From Verrucomicrobiales bacterium (GTDB lineage: Bacteria; Verrucomicrobiota; Verrucomicrobiia; Limisphaerales; UBA9464), in contig JAIXXC010000180.1 in NCBI GenBank assembly GCA_027490985.1, positions 11,174 to 75,173 of the forward strand: a stretch of DNA of 64,000 nucleotides, read 5' to 3'. Each line of letters begins with the position of its first letter. The stretch's first letter is position 1. This document shows, in pieces, positions 31,935-41,617 of the stretch. Both the position numbers and the translations under genes were made by a program. The notes under the pieces are model-generated. The model worked only from the letters and a program-made list of their open reading frames with translations. It searched no databases and was not told the DNA's origin.

Positions 31935-33230
31935 ATGCCCCACCCACGACCCTCCTCCTTCAACGGCAGCACTCTGAGCATCATCATGGGGGGAGGGCAG
32001 GGAACCCGTCTGTTCCCGTTGACGCGGGATCGGGCCAAGCCGGCGGTGCCCTTGGCCGGCAAGTATCGGTTGGTCGACATCCCCATCTCCAACTGCATCA
32101 ACAGCGGGCTGCGCCGCATCTACCTGCTCACCCAGTTCAATTCGGCGTCGCTGCACCGGCACGTTTCGCAGAGCTACAAGTTCGACCACTTCAGCGGCGG
32201 CTTCGTGGAGTTGCTGGCGGCCGAGCAGAGTTTCTCGAGCACCAGCTGGTATCAGGGGACGGCCGACGCGGTTCGCAAGAACCTGCAGCATTTCAAGAAC
32301 AACGACTTCGAGTACGCGCTGATCCTCTCGGGTGACCAGTTGTACCAGATGGACTTCCAAGCCGTGCTCCAGGCTCACATCGAGCACTCGGCCGACCTGA
32401 CGGTGGCCACCATCCCCGTGGCGGCTCGGGAGGCGTCGGCCCTGGGCATCATGCAGGTGAATCCGGAGAACCGCATCACCCGGTTCGTGGAGAAGCCGAA
32501 GGATCCGGCCATCCTCGAGTCGATGAAGCTGGATCGGGAGACCTATCCGAAGTTCGGCATCCGGCGCGATGAGGACCTGTATCTGGCGTCGATGGGCATC
32601 TACGTGTTCAACCGCGAGGTCCTCTTCGAGTTGCTCAACAACAACCACACCGATTTCGGAAAGCACATCATCCCCGGCGCGATCGACAGCCGGCGGGTGT
32701 ATTCGTACGTGTTCCAGGGGTACTGGGAAGACATCGGAACGATCCGCAGCTTCTTCGAAGCCAGCCTCGACCAGACCAACGACCGCCCGCAGTTCGACTT
32801 CTTCAACCCGACGGTGTTCACGCGCCCGCGCTATCTGCCGGCCACCCGCATCGAGAGCGCGGCCATCGACCATGCGGTGATCGCCGACGGGTGCACCATC
32901 GACCACGCCCAGTTGCGTCATGCGGTGGTGGGCATCCGATCCATCCTCGACGCTGGGAGTTCCCTCAACCGGGTGGTGATGATGGGCGCCGATTACTACG
33001 ACAACGCCGAGAAGCGCAATCGCCCCGAGAATCAGGGCATTCCGATCGGGGTGGGTCGGGGCACCCGCATCGACAACGCGATCATCGACAAGAACGCACG
33101 GATCGGTCGCAACTGCATCCTGTCTCCGGAGGGCAAGCCGGCCGACGTGGATCACCCTCTCTACTACATCCGTGACGGTGTTCTGGTCATCCCCAAGGGG
33201 GCGGTCATTCCCGACAAGACCGTCATCTGA
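31935..33230 (+). CDS. glgC: Glucose-1-phosphate adenylyltransferase
   Basis: 'IIMGGGQGTRLFPLTRDRAKPAVPLAGKYRLVDIPISNC', 'YWEDIGT'. 431 aa. Confidence 0.95.
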   Translation: MPHPRPSSFNGSTLSIIMGGGQGTRLFPLTRDRAKPAVPLAGKYRLVDIPISNCINSGLRRIYLLTQFNSASLHRHVSQSYKFDHFSGGFVELLAAEQSFSSTSWYQGTADAVRKNLQHFKNNDFEYALILSGDQLYQMDFQAVLQAHIEHSADLTVATIPVAAREASALGIMQVNPENRITRFVEKPKDPAILESMKLDRETYPKFGIRRDEDLYLASMGIYVFNREVLFELLNNNHTDFGKHIIPGAIDSRRVYSYVFQGYWEDIGTIRSFFEASLDQTNDRPQFDFFNPTVFTRPRYLPATRIESAAIDHAVIADGCTIDHAQLRHAVVGIRSILDAGSSLNRVVMMGADYYDNAEKRNRPENQGIPIGVGRGTRIDNAIIDKNARIGRNCILSPEGKPADVDHPLYYIRDGVLVIPKGAVIPDKTVI

Positions 33231-33369
33231 ACCGGGGTTCGACGGGGTTGTGGCTGGATGGAAAGCAGGTTTACAAAATGTTCGCTTGCCTCATCGACGG
33301 GAAAGCCTCTAGGCTCCTCCTTCCTTTGAGGCAATTGGCCCGTGAAATCGGGCAGGAATACACATTTCT

Positions 33370-33624
33370 ATGGTTCGCATTCGTCTGAAGCGCGGCGGTA
33401 ACAAGAACAACCCGGTCTACCGGATCGTGGTGGCCGATGGTCGCAGTCCCCGGGACGGCAAGTTCATCGAAGAAATCGGCACCTACAATCCGAAGGTCAA
33501 GGGCAACAACTACACCTTGAATCTGGACCGTGCCCAGTACTGGGTCGGTGTGGGTGCCCAGCCCAGCGATACGGTGGCTTCGTTCATCAAGAAGTCCGCC
33601 AAGCTGGCTGCCGTGGCCGCCTGA
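33370..33624 (+). CDS. rpsP: 30S ribosomal protein S16
   Basis: '[41 protein letters not shown]'. Confidence 0.97.
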   Translation: MVRIRLKRGGNKNNPVYRIVVADGRSPRDGKFIEEIGTYNPKVKGNNYTLNLDRAQYWVGVGAQPSDTVASFIKKSAKLAAVAA

Positions 33625-33668
33625 TCCACTCGTTTTGGATCCATCGGCTCAATCCGATCTCAGCAGCC

Positions 33669-33905
33669 ATGCAGGCCTTCCTTGAGTTTGTGGTGAAGGA
33701 GTTGGTGGACGAACCGGATGCGGTTTCCGTCACTCCGGTCGAACGGGGTGGCCTGACCATCTACGAGGTCCGGGTGGCCCGAGACGACGCCGGCAAGATC
33801 ATCGGACGCCGGGGTGGCACCATTCAGGCCATCCGGTCGGTCCTGCAGGTCGGCGCGGCCAAGGCCGGTCGCCGCTGCACGGTAGACCTGGTGGAAGACG
33901 AATAG
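33669..33905 (+). CDS. KH-domain RNA-binding protein (YlqC/UPF0109 type)
   Basis: 78 aa. 'DAGKIIGRRGGTIQAIRSVL' (GxxG KH motif). It holds the conserved position right after rpsP. Confidence 0.9.
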   Translation: MQAFLEFVVKELVDEPDAVSVTPVERGGLTIYEVRVARDDAGKIIGRRGGTIQAIRSVLQVGAAKAGRRCTVDLVEDE

Positions 33906-34524
33906 TCGGTCTCATTGGTCGATTGGTCGAACTTGGGCCAAGCGATGGAGCTTTGAGCCGGTGATTGAGCTGGGATCCAATGAGTGATCCAAACGACGCT
34001 CAAACGAACAAATCGGCTCAATCTGCCCGACTACCCGACCTGAGCGATCCGATCGATGCTATCGATCGGATTCTTTTCTATCTACCCGAGGCCTCCCCGT
34101 TGCTGCTCGGGGATTCGATGTCACGACCATGGCGGTGACAACTCCGATCGAGTAGGGCTTCAAACGAGGACCGCTTCAATCGGGCCCCGTTTCGCTCCTG
34201 CGCCCCGATCGGGGGCCGAATTTCGGGTCGATGCTGGACTCGGTTTGGGCTGACTCCGGGGCGAGTCGGGTTTGAGGGTGATTGTCCGGATCCTGGGCCC
34301 ACGGGGCTGCGGTCTGGTCTTTGACGCCGGGTGGGGTCCGAGGCAACGCCTTCTGCGCCCCGGTCCAGCCGGAGCCGTTTTCTTTCCAGTGGCGACCCTC
34401 CACCCGTGCCGACTTGAATCGATGGGGCGCCGGAGCACCCCGGGTGGTTTTCGTGTTGGAGCTTTCGGGCGGGAATTGCATTTCCGCATCCGGTGAACCG
34501 GATCAGACTCGCCGGGCCTGTCGC

Positions 34525-35220
34525 ATGAAGGTCGATATCTTAACGCTGTTTCCTGAGATGTTCTCGGGTCCACTGGACCAGAGCATCGTCGGGCGTGCCC
34601 GGAAGACGGGGATTCTGGATCTGACCATCCATGATCTCCGCACCTGGGCCCACGACCGGCACAAGACGGTCGATGATCGCCCCTTCGGCGGGGGGGCGGG
34701 TATGGTCCTGAAGCCCGAACCGATCTTTGAAGCGGTCGAGGCCCTTCGGGGAGCCGACACGCGGGTGATCCTCACCGCGCCCGGCGGTAGGCCTTTTTCC
34801 CAGGCCGTGGCCGGTGAACTGGCCTCCTTGGGCCATGTGATCCTCATCTGCGGCAGTTACGAGGGATTCGATGAACGGATCCGCGAGCATCTGGCCCACG
34901 ACGCTTTGAGCATCGGCGACTACGTGCTCACGAATGGAGCGTTGCCTGCGATGGTGATCGTGGATACGGTCACACGCCTGTTGCCCGGAGCCCTGGGAGA
35001 CGCGATGAGCGCCACCGAGGAATCTCATAGTGACGGATTGATCGAATACCCCCACTATACCCGGCCCGCGGAGTTCCGTGGGTGGACCGTTCCCGAGGTG
35101 TTGATGTCGGGCAATCACGCTGAGATTGCCCGGTGGCGGCAGCGGGAGTCGATGCGGCGTACGGCCGAGCGTCGCCCGGATCTGTGGGAGAAGTACCGCT
35201 GGCGAAAACCCGGCGGTTGA
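34525..35220 (+). CDS. trmD: tRNA (guanine37-N1)-methyltransferase
   Basis: ATG 34525 ('[13 protein letters not shown]'). '[17 protein letters not shown]', '[13 protein letters not shown]', '[10 protein letters not shown]'. The track ORF start at 34282 is an extension. Confidence 0.95.
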   Translation: MKVDILTLFPEMFSGPLDQSIVGRARKTGILDLTIHDLRTWAHDRHKTVDDRPFGGGAGMVLKPEPIFEAVEALRGADTRVILTAPGGRPFSQAVAGELASLGHVILICGSYEGFDERIREHLAHDALSIGDYVLTNGALPAMVIVDTVTRLLPGALGDAMSATEESHSDGLIEYPHYTRPAEFRGWTVPEVLMSGNHAEIARWRQRESMRRTAERRPDLWEKYRWRKPGG

Positions 35221-35458
35221 TTTCGCGGCGGGTTTGATCACCCAGCGGGTTGCGCTGTTGATTGAGCGCCCCTGGGATTCGCCGCCGACGGTTTTTGGGC
35301 TCGTTTTGACGGATCAGGTTGACGATGGGCCCATCTTTTGGAAGATCAGCGGTTCGGTCCATCGCCGGTCCACAGAATCGGAGCGTTGAGAGACGAATTG
35401 TTGAGAGTGACCGTTTTTGAAGTAACTGAAGTTTTGGAAAATTGAAGAGATCACAGCC

Positions 35459-35827
35459 ATGAACAAGGCCGCATTGTTTGACAAAATCGAGGGCGAGCAG
35501 TTCCGCAAGGAAGCCGCGAAATTCAACGTGGGCGACAGCGTCCGAGTGCACACCAAGGTCGTCGAGGGCGACAAGGAGCGCATCCAGATCTTCGCGGGAG
35601 TCGTGATCGGTGTCCGCGGCCGCGGATTGAACCAGACCTTCACCGTCCGCCGCATCAGCTACGGCGAGGGTGTCGAGCGCATCTTCCCGACCCACTCCCC
35701 GCGCGTGGAGAAGATCGAGGTCGAGCGTCAGGGCGCCGTGCGCCGCGCCAAGCTGACCTACCTGCGCGCCCGTATCGGCAAGGGTGCCATGGCGGTCAAG
35801 GAGAAGGACACGCTCCTCGCCGCTTGA
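35459..35827 (+). CDS. rplS: 50S ribosomal protein L19
   Basis: '[30 protein letters not shown]...[21 protein letters not shown]'. Confidence 0.97.
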   Translation: MNKAALFDKIEGEQFRKEAAKFNVGDSVRVHTKVVEGDKERIQIFAGVVIGVRGRGLNQTFTVRRISYGEGVERIFPTHSPRVEKIEVERQGAVRRAKLTYLRARIGKGAMAVKEKDTLLAA

Positions 35828-35850
35828 TCGGCCGACGAGCAGTGACCTGA

Positions 35851-35950
35851 TCCCAAATCGGGTCCGAAATCCGGTCTTAGATTCGGTCCCAAATTCGGTC
35901 CGAAATCCAACGGAGATTTCGACGGAAAACTCGAAGGGAAAACTCGACGC
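35851..35950. repeat. Degenerate ~12-nt tandem repeat array (8 units) downstream of rplS
   Basis: Units: tcccaaatcggg / tccgaaatccgg / tcttagattcgg / tcccaaattcgg / tccgaaatccaacgg / agatttcgacgg / aaaactcgaaggg / aaaactcgacgc. Units 1-2 recur as units 4-5, giving a ~36-nt higher-order period. Non-coding and locally AT-richer. Confidence 0.8.
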
Positions 35951-36026
35951 AGGCTTCGTTCGCTCGAACCGACCGATCGACTTGTCCCCTCGAATTATCC
36001 GCTCAAAAACCCTTCGATCCTGTGCC

Positions 36027-36060
36027 AAGGCCCGACACCCGGTGTGTCGGGCCTTGTTGC
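36027..36060 (+). terminator. Candidate rho-independent terminator about 200 nt downstream of rplS
   Basis: 12-bp perfect stem 'AAGGCCCGACAC'/'GTGTCGGGCCTT', 5-nt loop 'CCGGT', then 'GTTGCG' (a poor U-tract). Confidence 0.5.
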
Positions 36061-36221
36061 GTACCAAGCCTCGGTGGGCATCCACGCCGGATCGGCGTGT
36101 CCGCTCCACGCTCGGGGGGCGATTTTCGGGTTGCCGTTCGGGTGCGAAAAAACCGGCCGTGGACGGTTGACGAGTGTTGGTTTTTGCAGTGCTGTAGGGA
36201 TCGAACTTCCCCATCACTGCC

Positions 36222-37583
36222 GTGCTCACTCTCTTGGGACCCAACTCCTCCACCAGCGGATTCTGCGACGGTGTTTCGCGCCGCAGTTTTCTGCGCATCG
36301 GGGCGCTGGGAATGGGCGGGTTGGCTCTGCCGGGATTGCTTCGCGCCGAGTCGGCCGCAGGACTCCGCTCGGCGGGCCGTTCCCACAAGGCGGTCATCCT
36401 GATTTTCCTGCCCGGTGGCCCCAGTCACCAGGACATGTTCGACCTCAAGGTCGATGCGCCGGCCGAGATCCGGGGTGAGTTCAACCCCATCGCCACCTCG
36501 GTTCCGGGTCTGCAGATCTGTGAACACCTGCCGCGCATGGCCCGGGTGATGGACCAGTGCACGGTGATCCGGTCCATGGTGGGCATGGAAGACCGGCACG
36601 AGTCGTTCCAAACCTATACGGGGCGCCTGAACCGCAACCAGCCCCCGGGAGGCTGGCCGGCCATGGGGGCGCTCTTGGCCAAGCTTCAGGGGTCGGCCGA
36701 TCCGGCCATTCCCGCGTCCATCGGGTTGGCTCCCAAGATGGGCCATGTTCCCTGGTCCGACAACGGCGTGGCCGGGTATCTCGGGGCGGCCTACGCCCCG
36801 TTCGAGATCAACAAGGGTGGGGGCAAAGACGACATGGTCCTCAACGGCATCACGCTCGATCGGTTGTCCGATCGCCGGGCGCTGCTGGGAGCTCTCGACG
36901 GGTTCCGCCGCGAGGTCGATGCCAGTGGTCAGGTGGCCGGTTCCGATGCGTACACCCAGCAGGCGTTCGGGATCCTGACCTCCAGCAAGCTGATGACGGC
37001 TCTGGATCTCAAGAACGAGGATCCCAAGGTGGTTGCGCGTTATGGTCGGGGAGACGCGAAGAACCGGGACGACGGAGCCCCGAAGCTCATGGAGCACTTT
37101 CTGGCGGCCCGACGCCTGGTGGAGGCCGGCGCCCGCTGTGTGACCCTGGCTTTCAGTCGCTGGGATCATCATGGCGACAATTTCGGGGCTCTGCGCCAAG
37201 ACCTGCCGCTGCTGGACCAGGGATTGAGCGCGCTCATCACCGACCTCAAGGAGCGGGGTCTCGATCGCGACGTCTCGGTGCTGGTGGCCGGTGAATTCGG
37301 TCGAACCCCCACCATCAACAAAGACGGAGGTCGCGACCACTGGCCGCGCGTGGGCTTCGCCCTCATGGCCGGCGGGGGCCTCCGTCATGGTCAGGTGATC
37401 GGTTCCACCGACCGTCTGGGGGGCGAAGCCGACTCCCGGCCCACCACCTTCGGCGAGGTCCACGCGACCCTGTATCACGCTCTGGGATTGGACGTGAACA
37501 AGGTGACCGTCCCCGACTTGACCGGGCGTCCCCAATTCCTGGTCGATCCCGGAGTCCAGCCCATGAAGGAACTGGTGGGATGA
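36222..37583 (+). CDS. DUF1501 protein (sulfatase/alkaline-phosphatase fold), TAT signal - paralog 1
   Basis: GTG 36222. 'FCDGVSRRSFLRIGALG' (twin-arginine motif), 'LPGGPSHQDMFDLK', 'GEFGRTPTINKDGGRDHWP'. 453 aa. Confidence 0.9.
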   Translation: MLTLLGPNSSTSGFCDGVSRRSFLRIGALGMGGLALPGLLRAESAAGLRSAGRSHKAVILIFLPGGPSHQDMFDLKVDAPAEIRGEFNPIATSVPGLQICEHLPRMARVMDQCTVIRSMVGMEDRHESFQTYTGRLNRNQPPGGWPAMGALLAKLQGSADPAIPASIGLAPKMGHVPWSDNGVAGYLGAAYAPFEINKGGGKDDMVLNGITLDRLSDRRALLGALDGFRREVDASGQVAGSDAYTQQAFGILTSSKLMTALDLKNEDPKVVARYGRGDAKNRDDGAPKLMEHFLAARRLVEAGARCVTLAFSRWDHHGDNFGALRQDLPLLDQGLSALITDLKERGLDRDVSVLVAGEFGRTPTINKDGGRDHWPRVGFALMAGGGLRHGQVIGSTDRLGGEADSRPTTFGEVHATLYHALGLDVNKVTVPDLTGRPQFLVDPGVQPMKELVG

Positions 37584-37656
37584 CCCAGTGCCTCCCCGAT
37601 GACGGCTCCGAGTTTTCCCGTGAACACGACGGTGATGCCCCGACGTCTGCCTAGCC

Positions 37657-39012
37657 ATGTTGACCCTATCCGGACCTTCCAGCCGTTTTTGTGACGGCCT
37701 TTCCCGCCGGAGTTTCCTCCGGATCGGCGGCTTGGGGCTGGGCGGCCTGGGCGGGTTTTCCGGCCTCGCTCTGCCGGAGTTGTTGCGCGCCGAGGCGGCC
37801 TCCGGGATGAAGTCCAACCACAAGGCCGTGATCATGGTGTACCTGCCGGGCGGCCCGCCCCATCAGGACACCTTCGACCTCAAGATGGACGCGCCGGCGG
37901 AGATTCGGGGCGAATTCCGACCGATCCCCACCACAGTGCCCGGGTTCCAGGTCTGTGAGCACCTGCCGCTCCTGGCCAAGCAGGCCCATCGCTATGCCGT
38001 GATCCGGTCCATCAGCGACGCCATCGACGATCATTCCGATTTCATGTGTCAGACCGGACGGCGCAAGGCGAGTCAGCCGCCCGGGGGCTGGCCCACGTTC
38101 GGAGCGACCGTTTCCCGCGTGATGGGGCCGGCGTCCGCGGCGGTTCCGGCGTTCGTCGGGCTCGAGCCGCGCATGCAGCACCGCCCCTACAACGCCGCCA
38201 CCGCGGGGTATGCGGGGGTCTCCCACGATGCCTTCCGCCCGGCGGCCGATGCCAAGTCCGACATGGTGCTCAATGGCATCACCACCGACCGCCTCTCCGA
38301 TCGTCGTGCGCTGCTGGCCTCCTTCGACCGCTTCCGGCGTGAAGTCGACGCCAGCGGACTCATGGCCGGTGTCGATGGTTTCAATCAGCAGGCCTTCGGA
38401 ATGCTCACCTCCAGCCGCCTGCTGGAGGCGCTCAACGTCGAGAAGGAGTCGGCCGCCCTCCGTGAGCGGTACGGCAAGGGTGATCCCAAGGTGCATGGCG
38501 ATGCGGCTCCCATGCTCAATGAGCAGTTCCTGATCGCCCGTCGACTGGTCGAGGCCGGTGCCCGGTTCGTGACCGTGGCCTACGGGTTCTGGGACTACCA
38601 CGGCAACAATTTCGGCAATGCCCGGAACGACCTGCCGCTGTTGGATCAGGCGCTCAGCGCGTTGATCGCCGACCTGCATGACCGGGGGCTCCAGAACGAC
38701 GTCAGCGTGATCGCCTGGGGAGAATTCGGCCGTTCACCGACGATCAACAAGGATGGCGGTCGTGACCATTGGCCTCGGGCCAACTGTGCGCTCCTGGCCG
38801 GCGGGGGCATGAAGGTGGGGCAGGTGATCGGCGCGACCGATCGCCTCGGAGGCGAGCCCAGCGAACGCCCCGTACAGTTCGGCGAGGTGTTCGCCACGCT
38901 CTACCAGAACCTGGGCATCGACGTGAACAAGACGACCCTGCCCGACCTCACCGGCCGGCCGCAGTTCCTGGTCCCCGATGGGTGCCAGCCCATGCGGGAG
39001 TTGGTCGGTTGA
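37657..39012 (+). CDS. DUF1501 protein, TAT signal - paralog 2
   Basis: ATG 37657. 'FCDGLSRRSFLRIGGLG', 'LPGGPPHQDTFDLK', 'GEFGRSPTINKDGGRDHWP'. It aligns end to end with the upstream paralog (both end '...DLTGRPQFLV..G.QPM.ELVG'). Confidence 0.9.
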   Translation: MLTLSGPSSRFCDGLSRRSFLRIGGLGLGGLGGFSGLALPELLRAEAASGMKSNHKAVIMVYLPGGPPHQDTFDLKMDAPAEIRGEFRPIPTTVPGFQVCEHLPLLAKQAHRYAVIRSISDAIDDHSDFMCQTGRRKASQPPGGWPTFGATVSRVMGPASAAVPAFVGLEPRMQHRPYNAATAGYAGVSHDAFRPAADAKSDMVLNGITTDRLSDRRALLASFDRFRREVDASGLMAGVDGFNQQAFGMLTSSRLLEALNVEKESAALRERYGKGDPKVHGDAAPMLNEQFLIARRLVEAGARFVTVAYGFWDYHGNNFGNARNDLPLLDQALSALIADLHDRGLQNDVSVIAWGEFGRSPTINKDGGRDHWPRANCALLAGGGMKVGQVIGATDRLGGEPSERPVQFGEVFATLYQNLGIDVNKTTLPDLTGRPQFLVPDGCQPMRELVG

Positions 39013-39025
39013 CGCAGACACCCCC

Positions 39026-41614
39026 ATGCACATCGCTCCGGAATCCATGAACCCCGAACGGATGAACCTCGGACCCCGCTCCCCCCGATCCGGGTGGCCC
39101 GGCATTCCCGGTAGGGTCGGCCTTCTCGGGATGTTCGGCCGTCTGTGCGCGATGATCCTCTGCACCGCGGTGGGCGGCATCGGATCAATCCGGGCCGGCT
39201 CGCTCGAACTGCACTACCGATCGGGGGCCCGCGAAGTGACTCTCGACTCTCAGGATGCCCGACAGCAGTTGCTGGCCACCCTGGATGGGTCGCGCGATGT
39301 GACCCGTGAGGTGACTTGGACCTCCGAGCCCGCGGGCATCGTTCGCCTCGATGCCTCGGGACGGGTGATCCCGGTGGCCGATGGCCAGGCGGTGATCACC
39401 GCCAAGGCCCGCGACGGATCCACCGCGCGCATTCCGGTGCGGGTCGTCCATGCCGGGCAACCGGCTCCGCTGCACTTCGCCAACCAGATCGTGCCCATCT
39501 TCACCAAGAACGGCTGCAACGGTGGTGGGTGCCATGGCAAGGCGGCCGGACAAAACGGGTTCCGCCTCTCGTTGCTCGGGTTCGAACCCGACGAGGATTA
39601 CGAGCATCTGGTCCGCGAGGCTCGCGGGCGGCGTCTCTTTCCGGCCGATCCGCCCCGATCGATGTTGGTGACCAAAGGAACGGCCGAGTTGCCGCATGGC
39701 GGGGGCAAGCGTCTGGAGATCGGTTCCGACGACTACCGGCGTTTGGTCCGTTGGATCGCTCAGGGAATGCCCGTGGGCAAGACCAACGCCCCCACGGTCG
39801 AGCGTGTGGAGGTGTTCCCGTCGGTCCGGACCCTGGCCCTCAACGGGGAACAGCAGTTGGTGGTGAGCGCCCATTATTCCGACGGATCCACCGAAGACGT
39901 CACGCGCAGCGCGCTCTTCGAGCCCAACGACAAGGACATGGCCGCATCCGATGCCAACGGCCTGCTCAAGGTCTTCAACCAGCCCGGCGAGTTCGCGGTC
40001 ATGGTCCGCTATCAGGGCAAGGTGGCGACCTTCCGGGCGACCATCCCGCTGGGAGCCCCGGTGGACCACTTGCCGCCGGTGCGGAACTTCGTCGACGAGT
40101 GGGTCTTCAAGCAACTCAAGCAGGTGGGGATGCCTCCGAGCGCGCTCACCGACAAGCCGACCTTCCTCCGGCGGGTGACGCTCGACATCGCGGGGCGCTT
40201 GCCCACTCCCGACGAGGTCCGGGCCTTCGAATCCGACACGGCCCCGGGTGATCGTGACCGTGTCATCGACCGCCTCGTGGCCTCCACCGACTACGCCGAC
40301 TACTTCGCCGGCAAGTGGTCGGCGCTCTTGCGCAACAAGCGGAGCGAACCGAAGCAGGCCCGGGGTACCCTGGCTTTCCATGCCTGGGTCCGCGACAGTC
40401 TGGCTGAAAACAAGCCGTATGACCGGTTTGTTCGCGAGGTGCTCACGGCCTCGGGCGATGTTTCCGAAAACCCTCCGGTGGCCTGGTATCGTCAGGTCCG
40501 GACCGTCCAGACCCAGTTGGAGGACGTGTCGCAATTGTTCCTCGGCCAGCGGATGCAGTGCGCCCAGTGCCACCACCATCCGTATGAAAAGTGGAGTCAG
40601 GCCGATTACTGGAGCTTCGGGGCGGCTTTTTCACAGGTGTCCTACAAGCCCGGAACCCAACCCGGCGAAGACGTCATCGTCCATCGACGCGGGGAGGCCA
40701 AAGCGACCAACAAGAAAAACGGTCAGGCCGTGAAGCCCGCGGCCCTCGGGCAGCCCGCCTTCGATCTGGCCGTCGATGACGACCCGCGGGTGTTCCTGGC
40801 CGATTGGATGACCTCGCCCAAGAACCCGTGGTTCGCCAAGGCGCTGGTCAACCGCTACTGGAAACACTTCTTCGGTCGGGGTCTGGTGGATCCCGAAGAC
40901 GACATGCGGGACACCAATCCCCCGAGCAATCCGGAGTTGCTCGAGGCGTTGGCCGCCCACTTCGTCGCCAGCGGCTTCGACCTGAAAGACCTGGTGCGCA
41001 CACTGACCCGCAGCACGACCTACCAGTTGAGTGCCGAGCCCAACGCCCACAACGCCAAGGATCGTCACCACTTCTCCCGCTTCTACCCGCGCCGACTTCC
41101 CGCCGAGGTGTTGTTGGATTCGGTGAACACCCTGACCGGCGGGCGCAGTCAGTTCGACGGCCTTCCGGTGGGCACCCGGGCCGTGTGTCTCCCGGACAAC
41201 AGCTTCAACGCCCAGAGCTATTTCCTGACGGTGTTCGGACGCCCCGAAGGCAGCAGTGCCTGCGAGTGCGAACGGAGCATGGAGGCCTCGCTCAGTCAGA
41301 GCCTGCACCTGCTCAACTCGAAGGACATCCAGACTCGGCTCAGTTCCGACGATTCCCGTCCGGCCCGGCTGAATGGCGACTCCCGCCCCGATGAGGCCAA
41401 GCTCGGCGAGTTGTATCATCTGGCCTACGCGCGTTCCCCCTCGTCCGATGAACTCCGACGGGCCACCGAGTATTTGTCGCGCAAGGTTTCGTCGGTGAAA
41501 CCGGGCAAGGATGCCGCCGAGACCAAGGCCTTGAAGGCCAAAGCCCGGCGGGAAGCCTGGGAGGACCTGACCTGGGCTCTCCTGAACACCAAGGAATTCC
41601 TCTTCAACCACTGA
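39026..41614 (+). CDS. Big_2 + PSCyt2 (DUF1549) + PSD1 (DUF1553) protein
   Basis: ATG 39026 (later ATGs at 39047 and 39062 possible). Big_2-like 'VTWTSEPAGIVRLDASGRVIPVADGQAVITAKA'. PSCyt2 'IVPIFTKNGCNGGGCHGKAAGQNGFRLSL' and 'CAQCHHHPYEKW'. PSD1 'FGRPEGSSACECERS'. Confidence 0.9.
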   Translation: MHIAPESMNPERMNLGPRSPRSGWPGIPGRVGLLGMFGRLCAMILCTAVGGIGSIRAGSLELHYRSGAREVTLDSQDARQQLLATLDGSRDVTREVTWTSEPAGIVRLDASGRVIPVADGQAVITAKARDGSTARIPVRVVHAGQPAPLHFANQIVPIFTKNGCNGGGCHGKAAGQNGFRLSLLGFEPDEDYEHLVREARGRRLFPADPPRSMLVTKGTAELPHGGGKRLEIGSDDYRRLVRWIAQGMPVGKTNAPTVERVEVFPSVRTLALNGEQQLVVSAHYSDGSTEDVTRSALFEPNDKDMAASDANGLLKVFNQPGEFAVMVRYQGKVATFRATIPLGAPVDHLPPVRNFVDEWVFKQLKQVGMPPSALTDKPTFLRRVTLDIAGRLPTPDEVRAFESDTAPGDRDRVIDRLVASTDYADYFAGKWSALLRNKRSEPKQARGTLAFHAWVRDSLAENKPYDRFVREVLTASGDVSENPPVAWYRQVRTVQTQLEDVSQLFLGQRMQCAQCHHHPYEKWSQADYWSFGAAFSQVSYKPGTQPGEDVIVHRRGEAKATNKKNGQAVKPAALGQPAFDLAVDDDPRVFLADWMTSPKNPWFAKALVNRYWKHFFGRGLVDPEDDMRDTNPPSNPELLEALAAHFVASGFDLKDLVRTLTRSTTYQLSAEPNAHNAKDRHHFSRFYPRRLPAEVLLDSVNTLTGGRSQFDGLPVGTRAVCLPDNSFNAQSYFLTVFGRPEGSSACECERSMEASLSQSLHLLNSKDIQTRLSSDDSRPARLNGDSRPDEAKLGELYHLAYARSPSSDELRRATEYLSRKVSSVKPGKDAAETKALKAKARREAWEDLTWALLNTKEFLFNH

Positions 41615-41617
41615 GGC

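Noticed and set aside
34303-34332. tmRNA-like 5' motif 'GGGGCTGCGGTCTGGTCTTTGACGCCGGG' inside the KH-trmD spacer
   Set aside because: It resembles the 5' end of ssrA (GGGGCUG..CUGG..UUCGACGGG). However, there is no tag reading frame with a stop and no T-arm/CCA-type 3' end before trmD begins 190 nt downstream. I judge it a chance similarity.
35851-35950. Possible CRISPR array
   Set aside because: The units are only about 12 nt, degenerate and contiguous without spacers. No cas genes are present.
39575-39592. tRNA T-arm-like palindrome 'GGGTTCGAACCC'
   Set aside because: It lies inside the PSCyt2-PSD1 coding sequence (encoding 'LLGFEPDE'), and no cloverleaf context surrounds it.
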